This document shows, piece by piece, positions 16,183 to 29,906 of a DNA stretch of 64,000 nucleotides. Each line of letters opens with the position of its first letter. The stretch's first letter is position 1. A model generated the notes under the pieces. The model was not told the DNA's origin, did not search any database, and saw only the letters and a program-made list of their open reading frames with translations. The stretch lies in assembly GCF_009914755.1 (NCBI RefSeq), contig NC_060925.1; one strand, 5' to 3'. The translations under genes were made by a program, and so were the position numbers. The stretch is from the human T2T-CHM13v2.0 reference genome, Homo sapiens.

Positions 16183-18250
16183 GTTGACTACATCAAGGTC
16201 TGCCTCTGATCTGGTGGGAGTGCTGGGTGGTCTGTCTCCACCAGCACTTTGTGGGTGGGCTCTGTCCCCAGGAAATGCTCTCTGCCCAGGCCCCCGCCCC
16301 GTGAGAGGTTCGTGCTGCCAGTGGCGCTGGTCATTGGGACCATGTGCTGGGCCGGCGCCTGGCAGGACAGACAGCAGGTGGCTCTTCTGTAGGTTCTTCT
16401 GGCTGGGACAGGCCCAGCCGGTGCTCAGCGGAACTGAGACTGACGCCCCTTTCGGACCCCTCTAAGAAGGGAGGCCTGGGTGGGCAGCCTCCCCTCAGAG
16501 TTGGGGAAACGTGGCCCAGTTCCCGCCAGTCACCACCCTGCCGGCTGCCACGGGGACACGTGGCCTGGTTCCTGCTGGTCACCACCCCGCCAGCCACATC
16601 TTGAACGGCGTCCGTTCTGCAGTCGCTTGTCCTTAGTGTTCCAGCAACACCCCAACCAATGCGACCCCCGGCACCTCCGTCAGCCCCGCCCGGGAGAGCC
16701 CTCCCCTGCATCCGTGCTGTGCTTGTTGAAACTGAGATCCTCTAGCCTTTGGCCTCTCCGGACCCAGCCCCAGCTGCAGGCCCCAGCCATGGTGGTCCCT
16801 TTGGGAGGCGTGGTCCAGGAGGTGATGGGCAGCTGGAGAACCCCCGTGAGTGGAGGCTGCTGTACCTGGCAGGGAGGGTCCTGGGCAAGGGGGCATGGAG
16901 TGGAAAGGGAGTGGGTGTCCAGAAAGTTCCTGGGGCTCCACCAACCAGAACGTTGCCATTACCTTGAGCAAACGACCTGTTTAGTGGTGCCTTTTCTTTA
17001 CCTGTAAAACGGGGTGATTGTAAATAAAATCGTGTGTAAAAGTGCTTAGGACCAGACCCCCATTGGAGCGAGTGTTGATACCTGTCTCAAAGGACAGTAG
17101 GTGGACGTGGCAGGGAGGGAGATGTCAAGACGACAGCCAGGGCCCTTTCTGCCACTTCCCCTGGTGGGTGGTGGGCGGTCCCCTGAACCCTGGCAGTAAG
17201 CGAGGGACCTCCCGACACCCTGGCTCCTCCGTGTTGGCTCCAGGGGCTTCCTGTTTCTAGATGGCCGGGCCCATCATGTGGAGGGAGGGGTGGATGCTAT
17301 AGGCAGCAGCCCCAGTCTTCCTTTGGGTGGGGTTATTTCTGCTGCTGCTGCAATCCAGAGGCTCTGGGGCTCCTAAGTGGGTAGCCTCAGGCCTGGGCAG
17401 CGTCCATGGGACAGGGTGGTCCCCAGTCAGGCCCCATTGGCCTCCCTGTGGTGTGTGGTAAAGACTCAGGGTGCCCGCCCTGTGGAGGAGGTGCCGGGGG
17501 TAGCCTGGCTTTGCACCCAGACCCTGCTGAGGGCAGCGCTGGATGGTCAGCTGGACCAGGCCTCCGAGGTCCTTAGAGTCCATGGAGGAAATACAAAGTC
17601 CGCTGGGCTGGGCAGCCGCAGACCCCACTTAGCAGCTGGTGGTGTCCTCGGGGTCATCAGAGCCAGTGCTGGCTGCCCTGTGCATTTCATGTTGTTGGTT
17701 CCTGCCTGTCCACAGCACAGATGGCATACCCGGGCAGCGGGACCCTGCTCCAGCCTGCACCCTGGGGAAAGGTGTCCTACATTCCACATTCTGCCCGTAG
17801 CAGGCAGCCCCACCCCACTGTAGCCCATCTTGTCACTTAGGGTGGTCCCGGTAGTGGCTTCTGGAGCCTGGAACGCTTGGGTCAGGCCCCAGGCAGCTGG
17901 GACCCTCCCGAGCCTCACCCCTTGGGTCTGGTGGGACCCCTGGGGTTTGGCCGGGAGGACACCGTGACTACTGCCTTTGCCTCTGGGTATATTCCCTGCT
18001 CAGCCCCTGAACCCAGCTCCAAGGCCATTTCTACTTGGCAAGCGGGAGGTTTTCATGGCCAGGGATGTTAATAGCAGGTCTCTGGATGCAAGGGTGGCAA
18101 AGTCGCCTTGGCCTGTGTAGGGGAAGTGGAGGAACCTGGGCTCTCCCGGGCCGGTGGTCCTGGGGCAGATAGCAGGGGAAGGGGCTGCAGCCATGTGGGT
18201 GGAGCCATGGGGGCCGTGGAGGGGCCCTTCCTGACCCCACAGTGGGGGCC

Positions 18251-18340
18251 AGGGTGGGGCTGGCGGGGGACAGTCCTCAGCTGCAGGGGCTGGGGTGGGG
18301 CTGGCGGGGGACAGTCCTCGGCTGCGGGGGCCGGGGTGGG
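18251..18340. repeat. G-rich tandem duplication, about 41 bp x 2
   Basis: gggtggggctggcgggggacagtcctcRgctgcRgggg repeated. Confidence 0.85.
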
Positions 18341-18624
18341 CCAGGAAGGGGAAGGGGCTCTTGAGGCTCCGGGGCCTTCTGGCTGTAGTGTCTCACTTGG
18401 AGCAATGGCGGGATCCCCAGATCCATCCCCTGGCCCGTCTGCCTCCCGCCCTCATAGCCCTGTAGCCTAGGGCAGAGAGGGGTCCTTGGCCGGGACACCA
18501 TCCCCACAGGGACGTGGAGGGTGCTGGGCCCGGGGCTACCATGGAGTCGCCTGCTGGGAGCAGCCAGTACACCTGGGCGTGCGACCTGGGCAATGCGGGG
18601 GCCGATTGCTCAGGGGGGCGCCTG

Positions 18625-18790
18625 CACTGCCAGGTTCAAACCCCACCGGCAGGGAGCCTGCGCTGTGACTTCAGGCATGTGGGTGGGGCTCCCCGTGCCC
18701 CGTGCCTCAGTTTCCTCCTCTGTAAAAGGGGGCTTTGTGAGGCTCGACAGGGTTTAGAGGAGCTCCTGGAACATAGTAAGTGCTTAGCAA
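18625..18790 (+). mobile_element. MIR remnant
   Basis: gcctcagtttcctcctctgtaaaa...cctggaacatagtaagtgcttag, a MIR core. Confidence 0.75.
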
Positions 18791-18849
18791 GGCCGTCTTG
18801 CCGTCTCTCCCACCCAGGGAGGGTCAAGTGGGAAGAGAGCGGCCCCACC

Positions 18850-19017
18850 GAGTGTGTTCCAGGCCCCGGCGGCGTCTGAGAGGAGGCGGCCAAACCTAGT
18901 GGGGCTGCGCGACCGCCTGTGGAACAGTGGGGACGCTGCTGGTGTCCTCCAGGCCTGGGTGGGCGGGTTACCACGGAAGCCTATCAACGGATGCCTGTGA
19001 TTCCCTGGTATTTATAG
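18850..19017 (+). other. PRKCZ: Candidate alternative 5' exon; 5' end uncertain
   Basis: Near-consensus donor ATAG|gtatgt at 19017/19018 preceded by a CpG-rich patch (ggcggcgtc, ctgcgcgaccgc, gggtgggcggg, ETS-like acggaag). Confidence 0.45.
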
Positions 19018-21130
19018 GTATGTCTATTGTTTTATTAAAAAATCCAGTTTCATTCAGCTTTGTCTCAAATTATTTGCAACAAACTGGAAAAGCTAGTTTT
19101 CCCCCTAAAATAGGCTTCTAATAAAATTGGCAATTTGCCTGCTGAGCCTGAATATCCTAGAGTTCTGCAAAGCTGGATATTTTGGGATGGATTAGAAGAG
19201 AGGAGTTGGCTGAAGGACAGTGGTCGTGCTGCTGAGCCGGCCGTCTGTGTGAAGTTTACACTGGACCAGGATAAATGCGTATTTCCTGTGGGAGCTCAGC
19301 GTGGCCATGGTATTCGGTGGTCTTATGATTTTATAGGCCTAGCCAGGGGTCTGCGAGCTGCTTCTGTCCAGGGCCAGGTAGTTGAAGCCTGGGGTTCTGA
19401 GCAGGCGTGGGCAGCACCCAAGGAGGTGCATGGCCGTGTCCTAGTGAAACTTTATGCACGCTGAAATCTGAATTTTATAGACTCTTCCGGTGTTTCAAAA
19501 TATTATCCTTTTCATTTTATTCAGCCAATTAAAAGCGTAGAAATCCTAGCTTGCTGATTTGGAGCACTAGGCAGTGTAGGTTGCCAGCCCTCGTTCCCCA
19601 TAGATTTGGGAAGTCGAGTGAAACGCATGTGTTAGGTTTATATGTTTCACATTTTACGGAATGCCCCTCATGCAGCTGGTCAGCCGCCTGACGAGGGAAG
19701 CTTGGCCCTTTGGAGAAGTGGCCGTGCCTCGTGGTGAGCTGCTGACAGAGCTGGAATTTGAACCCGGGGCTCTGGCCCGGAGTCCACTCCGTGAATGCAG
19801 ATAAACACAGGTTTATGAGCTTGATGATTTAAATGGAGGTTTTATTACTGTTCAGGCAGGTGTGGGAGGCCAGCCATCAGGAGATGATGCCGTTGAGAAG
19901 GTCGTTTATTACTCAGCTTCTGAGAGGAGACCTCCTCTTGCCTCGCGGGGCCATGCGGGCAAGCGCCGGGTGGGTTGGAGGCAGGGGGATGTGTGGGTGG
20001 GGCCTTTACTGTGGTTTCCATGGGAAAGGTGTGGGGAGCAGGCATTGGGTCGGCCAGGTGGAGTAACTTCAGCCAGGCTCTGGGGTGCAGGGGCTGTCCC
20101 TGTGACCTGGGGAGGCCCCTGGGGCGACTGGGGGCCCGTGTAGGAGGTGGGCCCAGGTGAGAGTTCTGGGTTGGTGGGTTTGCATTTGAAAGGTTCGCTG
20201 TGGGACAAGTCCTTTGCTGTCTCTAGGAATCGGTTGGCCTCTCGGGGCCGTCCCTCCAGGGTCAGCAGGGCCATAGGTGCTGGAGCATCGAGGGCACAGC
20301 ACGTATGAATGCAGGGAGCGTGTGGTGTGACTGGTCAGAGCCAGAGGTCTGCAGGACACTCCCCTCTGTCCCTCTGCACCCCCAGTGCGAAGCGGCCCAT
20401 GTAGGCTCAGCACGAGTGCCGAGTGCGTTTGGGGAAGTGGGCAGAATTCCCAGCTGAGCACCCCGCGACCCCCCATGTTTTTTATGATTGGAGGAAAATG
20501 CCAGGTCTCACTTGCCAGTGATGACCAGGTCCCAGGGTTTGTCAGGGTACCAGGGTAGGGGTTGGAGGGTCAGGCCACCCAGCGGCGGTGGCGGCTCTGG
20601 GTCTCCCTAGGAGCCCGGGCTGGCCACAGCCAGGCACAGCACAGCCCGTGAGGTCTGGTCTTGGGAATGCGGGTGTCTCCTGCCTTAGGCTGAGGGTGTG
20701 CGTTTCCAGGCCAGCCGGGACAGTTTTCAGCCTGGGGAAGCTTGGCCTTTCCTGTTCCTGCCCCCCAGTGCCCACCGTCCCCACACACACTGGTGGGGTT
20801 TGTGGGGTGGACACAACCACATCGCAAGGCCCCTATGCCTCCTCTCCTCCCGCTCCGTTCCTGGGCTGCGGGACAGTGCTCGGGGCCCTTGGCCATTGGT
20901 GTCGAGCCCATTCACAGCCTCTGGACGCAGGTCAGAGGTCACTCGCCACGGCCACAGCTGCGCTGTCCCCCACTCCCAGCCTGGCAGGCCAACCTGCAGG
21001 ACCCCGGGCTTAGCTGGGTTCTGTTCTGATGTCGCATTTTCAAGGTCCGCTGAGTCCGAGCCCTGCCTGGGTCTGGCTGCTGCCCGCCCGCTCTCTGGAC
21101 TGTGCTGATGCAGAGATGCTTGTTTTCCTG

Positions 21131-21144
21131 TGACGTCAGCGTCA
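21131..21144 (+). promoter_or_regulatory. Full palindromic CRE (TGACGTCA, 21131-21138) plus adjacent half-CRE (CGTCA, 21140-21144) in the PKMzeta internal promoter
   Basis: Sequence ttcctg-TGACGTCA-g-CGTCA-gctc directly upstream of the PKMzeta first exon. A CRE in the intronic PKMzeta promoter is established knowledge. Confidence 0.88.
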
Positions 21145-21159
21145 GCTCCTGCACATCCA

Positions 21160-21448
21160 TGCCGTGTTTTAGTTTGTGCCTCAGCTGCTGGCTACAGCTT
21201 CCCGGGGGAGCCGGGTACCACCCGGGCCTGGAGACATGAGGAGGCAGGGATGTGAGGGGCGGGGGACAGGACAGCCGGCCTTCCGTTAAATATCTGCTCC
21301 TCGCGCTCGAGCCTCCCTGCCTATTGTCGGGGCCGGAGGCGAGCCGACGCAGCATCAGCTCGTCAACGGGAAGGAAGATGCCTCCCTGCACGCCCGCCGC
21401 GCACAGAGCATAAAGAATCTGCGCTGAGGAGGCAGGAGAAGAAAGCCG
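21160..21448 (+). other. PRKCZ: Alternative non-coding first exon (exon 1') of PKMzeta mRNA; 5' end approximate
   Basis: Strong donor AAGCCG|gtgagt at 21448/21449, CpG-rich context, GC box ggggcgggg at about 21256, several short uORFs and the upstream CRE. Fits the known PKMzeta architecture in intron 4. Confidence 0.85.
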
Positions 21449-21660
21449 GTGAGTCGGGGGCATCTCCCCCGTGGATTTTCCGCGCCCCCGGGGCCGGGCC
21501 AGCCGTGCTGCAGGCCCTGTGCGTGCGGAGGACGGTGCCCGAGTCAGCATTTTGGGTCTGAGTCCCGGCGTTGCCGCTGCCTGTGCGCTGCACAGATGCT
21601 CCGGGCAGCAACACGGCTGGTGCCACGGCCCGGGGAAGGCGTGCGGCTGCAGCAGCTCCC
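21240..21660. promoter_or_regulatory. CpG-island-like segment over the internal promoter and exon 1'
   Basis: Dense CpG by eye (tcgcgctcga, gacgcagc, cgcccgccgcgc, cgcgcccccg); observed/expected ratio not computed. Confidence 0.7.
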
Positions 21661-21772
21661 AGCAATGTCAGGGGAAACGCAGTGAGAGGCTGTTGTTTTG
21701 CGGGTGACAGATTTTTAGAAAAATAAGGCTGTGGAGGGACCTTCTGAGCGAGGCAGGGGCTGCTGGAGGGAC

Positions 21773-21794
21773 ATGCTCACCCCGAGGACGGATG
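21773..21794 (+). CDS. PRKCZ: Coding end of a second alternative first exon, MLTPRTD+G (phase 1), giving a PB1-less PKC-zeta isoform
   Basis: gacATG CTC ACC CCG AGG ACG GAT G|gtgtgt. The phase-1 donor matches exon 4's, so it is compatible with exon 5. Matches my recollection of a PKC-zeta isoform beginning MLTPRTD. Confidence 0.75.
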
Positions 21795-23979
21795 GTGTGT
21801 GGCCCAGGCCTGGTGGATGTGTGGCGGTGGCTGTGGAGGGCTGGGGGCCGGGGGGCTTGGGGAAATCGTCTTGGGCTCGTCTGCCTGCCTGGCCCCAGGG
21901 AGTTGCTGGCTGTTGGGAGTTTCACTGTGGCCGATGCTTTTTGGTTGTGGGTCTGTGGGTCTGTCGGGGCCAGGACGGATGGCCGCTTCGTCTCCATTCT
22001 GCATTGCTGCAGGTGGGCAGATTGATGAGACCACGGGTGAAGTCTGGAGACCCCAGGTGCCAGGGCTGGTAGTGGTAACAGCCAGCACCTGTTCCAGGCC
22101 TGCGGTCTTTCCGTCTCGAGCCTGCCCTCCCGCCTGTCTGAGCCCCCGTTTTGCATTGACAGTGTTGGGTTGGAGTCTGGGTGGCACAGCCAGGGTTAAT
22201 GTGCACGGCTCACTCCATCGGGGTCCTCGGATGGTGGCGAGGAGCGGGGCTGCGGCGTCCTGTTTTCTATTCTGAAATGGTTGGAGGTAGACTCGGAGGG
22301 GTCTGGGGGCTGCATGGTGTTTGGCAGGGATGTGGGAATGTGGGTGCTTTTCTGACGACCATTTTGCAAGGTGTTTTTTTTAAAAAAAAAAACAACAAAA
22401 AACCAAAACAACAACCAGCCTCCCCAGTCAGGCTTGTGGGGAGCCGTGGGCCTGGGGAGACTGGGCTGCTGAAGGTGGGGACTGGGCTGCTGGGGGAGGC
22501 GGCTTTCCCTCTCGGGGGGTGCTGGCTGCTGGGGAGGCTGGCAGCGCGCCCCTCCCCCAGGTGCGAAGGGACCTCAGCAGACGCAGGGCTGCTCCGCACA
22601 GCCAGCTTGGGCCGCAGGGGTCCTTGAGTGATGAAGATTCTGTGTTGATGGGGTGAGTGGGAGAGAGACGGAGCTGGGGTGGTTTTCACACGTGCGCCTG
22701 CCTGCGAGGAGAAACGTGCTGTGTCATAGTTTCCTCGGTGCCTGGGACGGCTTGGCCTCTGCTTTCGTGTGAGCCCACGCTGGCCATGCACAGCTGGCAC
22801 GATCCCTTGCGGTGTGAATACACTGCTGGGGTGGGAGCGCCGTGGCCAGGGTCAGGATTCGAGCGGTTACTGGCTTTTGGTCTGATGGCCCTCGGTGGGT
22901 GAGTCAGAGCTGGGATGGGGACAGATTGGAGGGGCCACCGGCTGCCCCCCAGAAGCTGTTTCGTGTTGATGCTGCCGGGGCCGGCTGTGGTACCTGTGTC
23001 TGTGTCTCGGCCAGATCGGCACACATCTTCCGCGTTCCTGTCCCAGCTGCATCAGCCATCAGTGGGGGCCCTTCTCCGACCGTCTTCCTAGACTTCAGAG
23101 CCACTGGTGGTTATGTAAGGAGTTGTGTGTTCCTCTGCCCAACTCCGAGCTTGGTCCCACCTCCCAGACTCACCTCTGGGCTCCGGGCTCTGCTGCGATG
23201 TTTCCGAGGCTCCCAGTTAATCAGATCTGTCAGCCCAGTGTCCACAGGGTGCCTGAGAGCCCAGCCCATCCACACTGGGTGCCCCAGACCTTCCACGGGG
23301 TCTGGTGGGGACCTGCCAGGGCTGTCAATGGCCCCAGTGGAGAGGCCCACTGAGCATCCTGAGAAGTTCCCGTGCTTGTGACCTGCTCTCGTGTGTGTAG
23401 CAGCGGGGGCTGCGTCTCATCTGCCACACGTTTCTGATCGCCGAGGACTCAGCCGGGCACATGGAGGTTGAACTGTTGGGGGGCGGGAGGACCATCCATG
23501 GGGTCAGGCACCAACCTCTGCTGAGGATCCCAAAATGTGGGGTAGCCATCCTTTCTTGTGCTGGCGTGGAGCTTTTCCCAGGAGCTGGGCAGGGAGCTGT
23601 CACAGGGCCAGGCCCCTGAATGGGCTGTTTGGGGCCGGGGCTGAGGGGGTGCCCAGTGCCATCGAGGGGAAGCCTGTGGGAAAGTGTGATGACATCTGAA
23701 AAACCAGGAGCAGGTCCCTTGCTGTGCTGGTCGTGGTGCTCGAGTGTGGGCTCAGCAGGTCTGGTCTCCTGGCGCCCACTCACTCCCTGGCCATCTCCCC
23801 ACCTCCCTCACATGGCAGGGGGAAGTGGAACGTGCGGCCACTGCTCCCACCGTCCCTCACAGCACAGGCTGGACAGGCACCCTGAGGCATCCCCATCTCC
23901 CAGCCCCTGGGGTTGGCATGATGCTGGGCCTCCAGAAATGTTTGTCATTTTATGCAAAGGGCAGAAAAAGCTTTGTTCA

Positions 23980-24289
<310 letters not shown>

Positions 24290-25739
24290 TCAAAAGAAGC
24301 CACCTGAACCAGTCGGTCGTCCAGTGTTCAGCTTGTTTTTGGTCATAAAGTGGTGGCACTTGTCACTCATACAGGAGACGCTGTGGCAGAGCCCCTCCAC
24401 GCATCGGGGCCCGGCAGCTCATTTCTAGGATTCTCCTGAACACGCGAAGGAGGGCACCCACCATGCTCGGGACTGGCTGCTTCTCTGTGAGGCCTCCAGG
24501 CAGAACCAGTGATTCCACCGTTGTGGGGCAGCCTTGGTGGGCCCACAGGTCTGTTGTTCCCCCTGAGAGAGGATCAGAGTCAGGAGAGGCGAGACACCAA
24601 GTTGACACGAACAGATCCCTGCTGCCGGTTGTTCTGGCGGTGCTGTGAGCACGTCTGACGGGTGTGAGGGTGCTGGGGCTTCGTTTCGTCCACGCTCACG
24701 TATCGGGCACACAGGAGAGTTTACACGCGCTCTGGTGGGTGGAAGGGGCCCTGACTTGATGTTATTTTGAAATAGGGGGTTTGAGTGTGTCTGGTCTTTC
24801 TGAAGTTTTCTTTTTGAACGTCTCTTCTGTGGGAAGTTTGAAAAGATTCAACCGACTGCAAGACGGAGCCGCCCTGTGTCTGTTGGGGCTGTGGGGACCC
24901 AGGTGCACTGGCAGCTCAGCCGCATCGTGGGCCCAGATGGCTTCTTCTGTTTGTTCCTCAGCGAACCTTGATTGTTGAAAGAATCCCGTGAGGCTGTGTC
25001 AAGTGTAGACAGGCCAGGCCTGGTGTCTTGTCCTGGTCAGGAAATTGTGTTGTTGCCCTTGTTAAATGGTTGTGTATAAAGTTTGCATTGTACATTATAT
25101 TTAAAATTTTATTTTGAGTTTTCCATATTTTCTATTGTAAGGTGTTGATAGTTCTGTGGGACTCACAAAGAGAGAACAGGTGTCCCTGGTCCTCCCTGCT
25201 GCCCCAGCTCCACTCCCTGGAGGGGATCACAGCAGTTTCTTTTTGACATTTATTTCCAGATTTCTAAATGACACATTTCTGCTGCTATTTCTAGTCGTTT
25301 CCATTTAGGATGTTACTTCCCTACTTTCTCTGGGACACATCAGCTCATCTCTTCCTTCCTTGTTCCATCCTCCTGATGGAGTTATGTCACTGTTTATTGT
25401 TTTTAATCATTGAGTGTTTACCTAATTGCGGGTGACGTGAATATGCATGAGCTACCATGATTGCATTCCCTTGTTGGCACAACTTTTGGGTTTCCTTGGA
25501 GTTAATACATTGTGATTGTTTAAATCAGTTTCCTAGATGTCTTGTCTCAAATTTACTCCAGTTTCCTCTTCCCAGAAGAGGGGCAGCTCCCACCGATGCC
25601 TGCCTCACCTCCCTCCTGGTGCACCTGGCCCCCCACACAACATGCCGTGGGGCTTCCCTGTGCCCCGAGCTGGGAACAGTCCCCTCCTCTCTCCTCTGCC
25701 TACAGTCTTGATCTCTGGCTCCCTCTCTTCCTCTTTCTT

Positions 25740-26660
<921 letters not shown>

Positions 26661-29600
26661 TGAAGGTGCCTTTTTAAGGCAGAGTGCCCTGCCCTTGTGT
26701 CAAAGGCATATCGCACTTTTTCTCTGGGGTTATTCGTCCCGGCTGAGAAGCACCGCGGTATCATGTGGTGATTGAGCAGCACCCAGCACATTCATGGCTG
26801 CGAGGCTTCCCGCGTGTGAACTCATTTAATCTTCTCAGTTCCTTGTGGGCACCATTGTTTTCTTTGTTCTGGGTAAAGATTAGCACTGAGGCACAGACAG
26901 GTCAAGAAATTTCCCAGAATCGCACAGTTTGAGCTGGGACTCAAACCCCAAGGGCTGGGCTTAAGCCCACGCTATTTGCCGCGTGCCCCAGGGCCTGAAG
27001 CTGCGTGGTCAGGCCCCAGCTCTGCTGCCCACCAGCCACGTGACCTCGGCCACAACGCTGTCCACCGTGTCCCGGACCCTCATAAGTGAGCGTGATGGTA
27101 AAAGGCTTGGCTCCCAAGGCTATCATGGGATTAGCCAGTAACTAAGCCACAACGCTGGCCCCGCGGCTGCTGCTGATGGCGGCACATGGTGGGAGCATGT
27201 GTGCTGGCAGCGGTTGGTGATAACGTCTCCTTTTGGTGTTTTCTTTGGCCTCGTACTCAGCTGTTTTCACCGAGAGTCCCTTTTTGTGTTTGTCCTGGCC
27301 TTTGCGGCTTCCTGGGCCCCTGGTGACCCGCATTTGTCTGCCCACATTGACTCGTGGGGCACCACAGAGCTGGTGGTGGCGGAAGTCCCCAGGGGAGTGT
27401 CCTGCCTGGGAGGGCCGGGCATCTCACCCCTAGTAAGGAGTCTGCTGCCCCCGCAAGCCCTCTCGTTCCCTGGCTGCTTTGGGTGAGGAAGGGGGTCTGG
27501 GGGTCGACTCCTCACTGACTGGGACCCTGCACAGCAGGTGCCCCACTTTCCTGCTACCTGGAGCCTCTGACTTGGGGCCCTTCTTTGGGGTTCGGCCCAG
27601 TACAGTCTCCTGGTGGCCACGGGGCCCTCTGCCTTCCAGGTCCCAGGGCATCCACTACCCGGCCTGTCCTCCTCTTTGCTGTTACGGGTTTTTTGGAGTT
27701 TTTCTTCCTTTGGTCTTGGGAGGGAGAGTCAGTCAGTGATGTGTTTGAGCTGCTGTGTCCACCTGGAAACCATCGTGATGACGCTTTCTGAAGGCTAAAG
27801 TATGCAGGAAAACCAGAGTTGGAGAAGGTCTTTAGGTAGGGGCAGTGCGCGTGGACGTGGCGGTGCGCGTGGACGTGGCAGGTGTGGACCAGCACGTCCC
27901 ACTGCTCTGCATCCTGAGGGGCCGGAGGGTGTGGTGCAGGGTTTTAAGGAGGGCAAAGGCCCCTCTGTTTGTTTTTCCTTGATGCTGCCCCCCGTGCGAC
28001 CTGGGGGCAGTTTTCAAATGCTTGACCCAGGTAGTTTAGTTCTGTCACCCCCTCGTTCAGTGGGGTGGTGGGAAGACCAGTTTTTGGAACAGTTTTGGAT
28101 TTACAGAAAAATCAGGACAGGAGTAGAGCACAAGCATTCCCTCCCTGCTCCCTCCTGGTCAGCGTAATGCGTGAGTTACACTTCACCAGCCAGTCTCGGC
28201 ACCTTTCCAGCTAAGGCTTTATTCCGCTTGCCTCAGTCTCCCCTCCTGCCCCCTTTCTGTCCCAGGATCCCGTCCAGGGCCCCACGTGGCACTTGGCCGT
28301 CACGTCTCCTTAGGTCCCTCTCACTGTGGCAGGTCTCTCAGACTTGCCTCATTTTCAACGACCTTCGTAGTTTTAAGGAGGGCTGGTCAGGTGTTTTGTG
28401 GGACAGCCCTTCGCTGGGGTTTGCCTCATGTTTTTCTCATAAGGACTGGGGCCTTGTGTTTTGGGAGGAGGTGAAGCCTCCTTATATCGCTGGGTCCAGG
28501 TCCACACCCTCCACGCAGCCTGTCCGTGCTGGCCTTGCGTGTCACCTGGCCGCGGTGTGTTTGTCGGCTCACACCTGCCCGTGCCTCTTCCCCCGTGCTG
28601 TCCTGTCTGCGGAGTGAGGCGTGCGTGGCCCACACCTAAGAGGTGAGGAGCTACATACGTGATGTCAAGTTTTGCACGGGACTTGTACGTCTGTTCTCCC
28701 ATTGGTTATTTAATTATTCCTTTCTGTTCATGTGGACTCGCAGGTGTCAATTTCATACTTGGGTTAGAATCGGATACCGTGTCGCTTACTTATTGCTCAG
28801 ATTGTTCCAGCTTTGGGCACTGGGGCCCCTGCAGGCTGGCTGTTGGGGCAGCGATGAGGCCAGACACTGGGTGGGTTGGGGGTGGGTGCTGACGGGTCTC
28901 TGGCAGGAGGGGGCAGGCTGCAGGGAGCAGGGGGAAGCAGGTCCCAGGCCCAGAGGTGGGTCTCGGGCGAGTCTGGGCTGTGGGCATGGACCCCCAGAAG
29001 GGGCCTGTGTGGCCAGGACGTCCCATGGCTGCAGACCCCGGTGTGGGGTGTGGGCCCTGGGAGGTGATTGGTACTGCAGCCGGAGCTCCAGCATCATGCC
29101 AAGGTGGTGCTGGGTCGAGGCGGGGAGGGGAGAAGTCACCACACTGTGCCCGGACTTGGTGGCGTGGTGATGTCGGGGCTGCGGTTGGGGGACTGACCCC
29201 GCATACTCTTCTCCCAGCTGAGTTGGCAGTGCCGTAGGGTCAGCAGCCCAGGCTCTGCATGGGGCTCGTGTGGGACTCGGCAGGTCCCTGCATCACCTGG
29301 CACCAAGCTCAGGCACGCCCCCCACACCCCACCACTGCCGCCCCGCCCCCCAGCATCCCCTTCCTGCTGCCCTCTGTGCTGCACTGACTTCCTCAGTTGG
29401 TTTGATGAGAGGTGACAAAGGCAGAAATGGGCAGAGAGCGGCACCATCGCTGGCCCCTCTTGCCCATTTGTCCCCTGCTGGGTGGGCAGTCCTCTTTTTT
29501 CGGAAATGTGTTCAGTTCTCTTGCATTGCATAATTTGTTCATATTAAAGCAGGCTTGATCCGGGCTGCCGTGGTTCCGATCGACTCCGAATAGGACACCA

Positions 29601-29839
29601 CACAGTCGTGCCAAGAAGGCGCCTAAGTGTCTTTCCACACGGCCATCCGAGGGCGGACGTGGTCAGGGGTGCTGGACGCGTCAGACGGGTTCTTTGCAGC
29701 CCTTGGCAGCGTCGCCCGCTCTGTCCCGCCTGTTGTGTGCGCCTTTTCCCTGCTCCAGGGCTGTGTATTTGGCAAGAGGGAGGCTCCGTGGCACGATCAC
29801 ACGTGCAGGAGCTGGGGGCTGCCAGAGCGGCTGTTCAAG

Positions 29840-29906
29840 ATGGACTTGGCAAATCACCTCTTTCAAGTTGCCGGCTACCCGGCTGCCGTAGACAGAGTGA
29901 AGTCTG
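29840..29906 (+). CDS. PRKCZ: Candidate alternative coding first exon MDLANHLFQVAGYPAAVDRVKS+G (phase 1)
   Basis: Strong Kozak context aagATGG, 22 open codons, then TCTG|gtagtt in phase 1; CpG-rich non-repeat context at 29560-30010. Confidence 0.45.

Noticed and set aside
19790-20250. Possible old LTR remnants here and at about 51460-51720
   Set aside because: LTR-like by impression, but I could not assign a family or boundaries reliably.
20600-21450. REST/RE1 silencer explaining neuron-specific PKMzeta expression
   Set aside because: I saw only half-site-like fragments (e.g. gcgctgtcc near 20960) and no full 21 bp RE1; a PWM scan would be needed.
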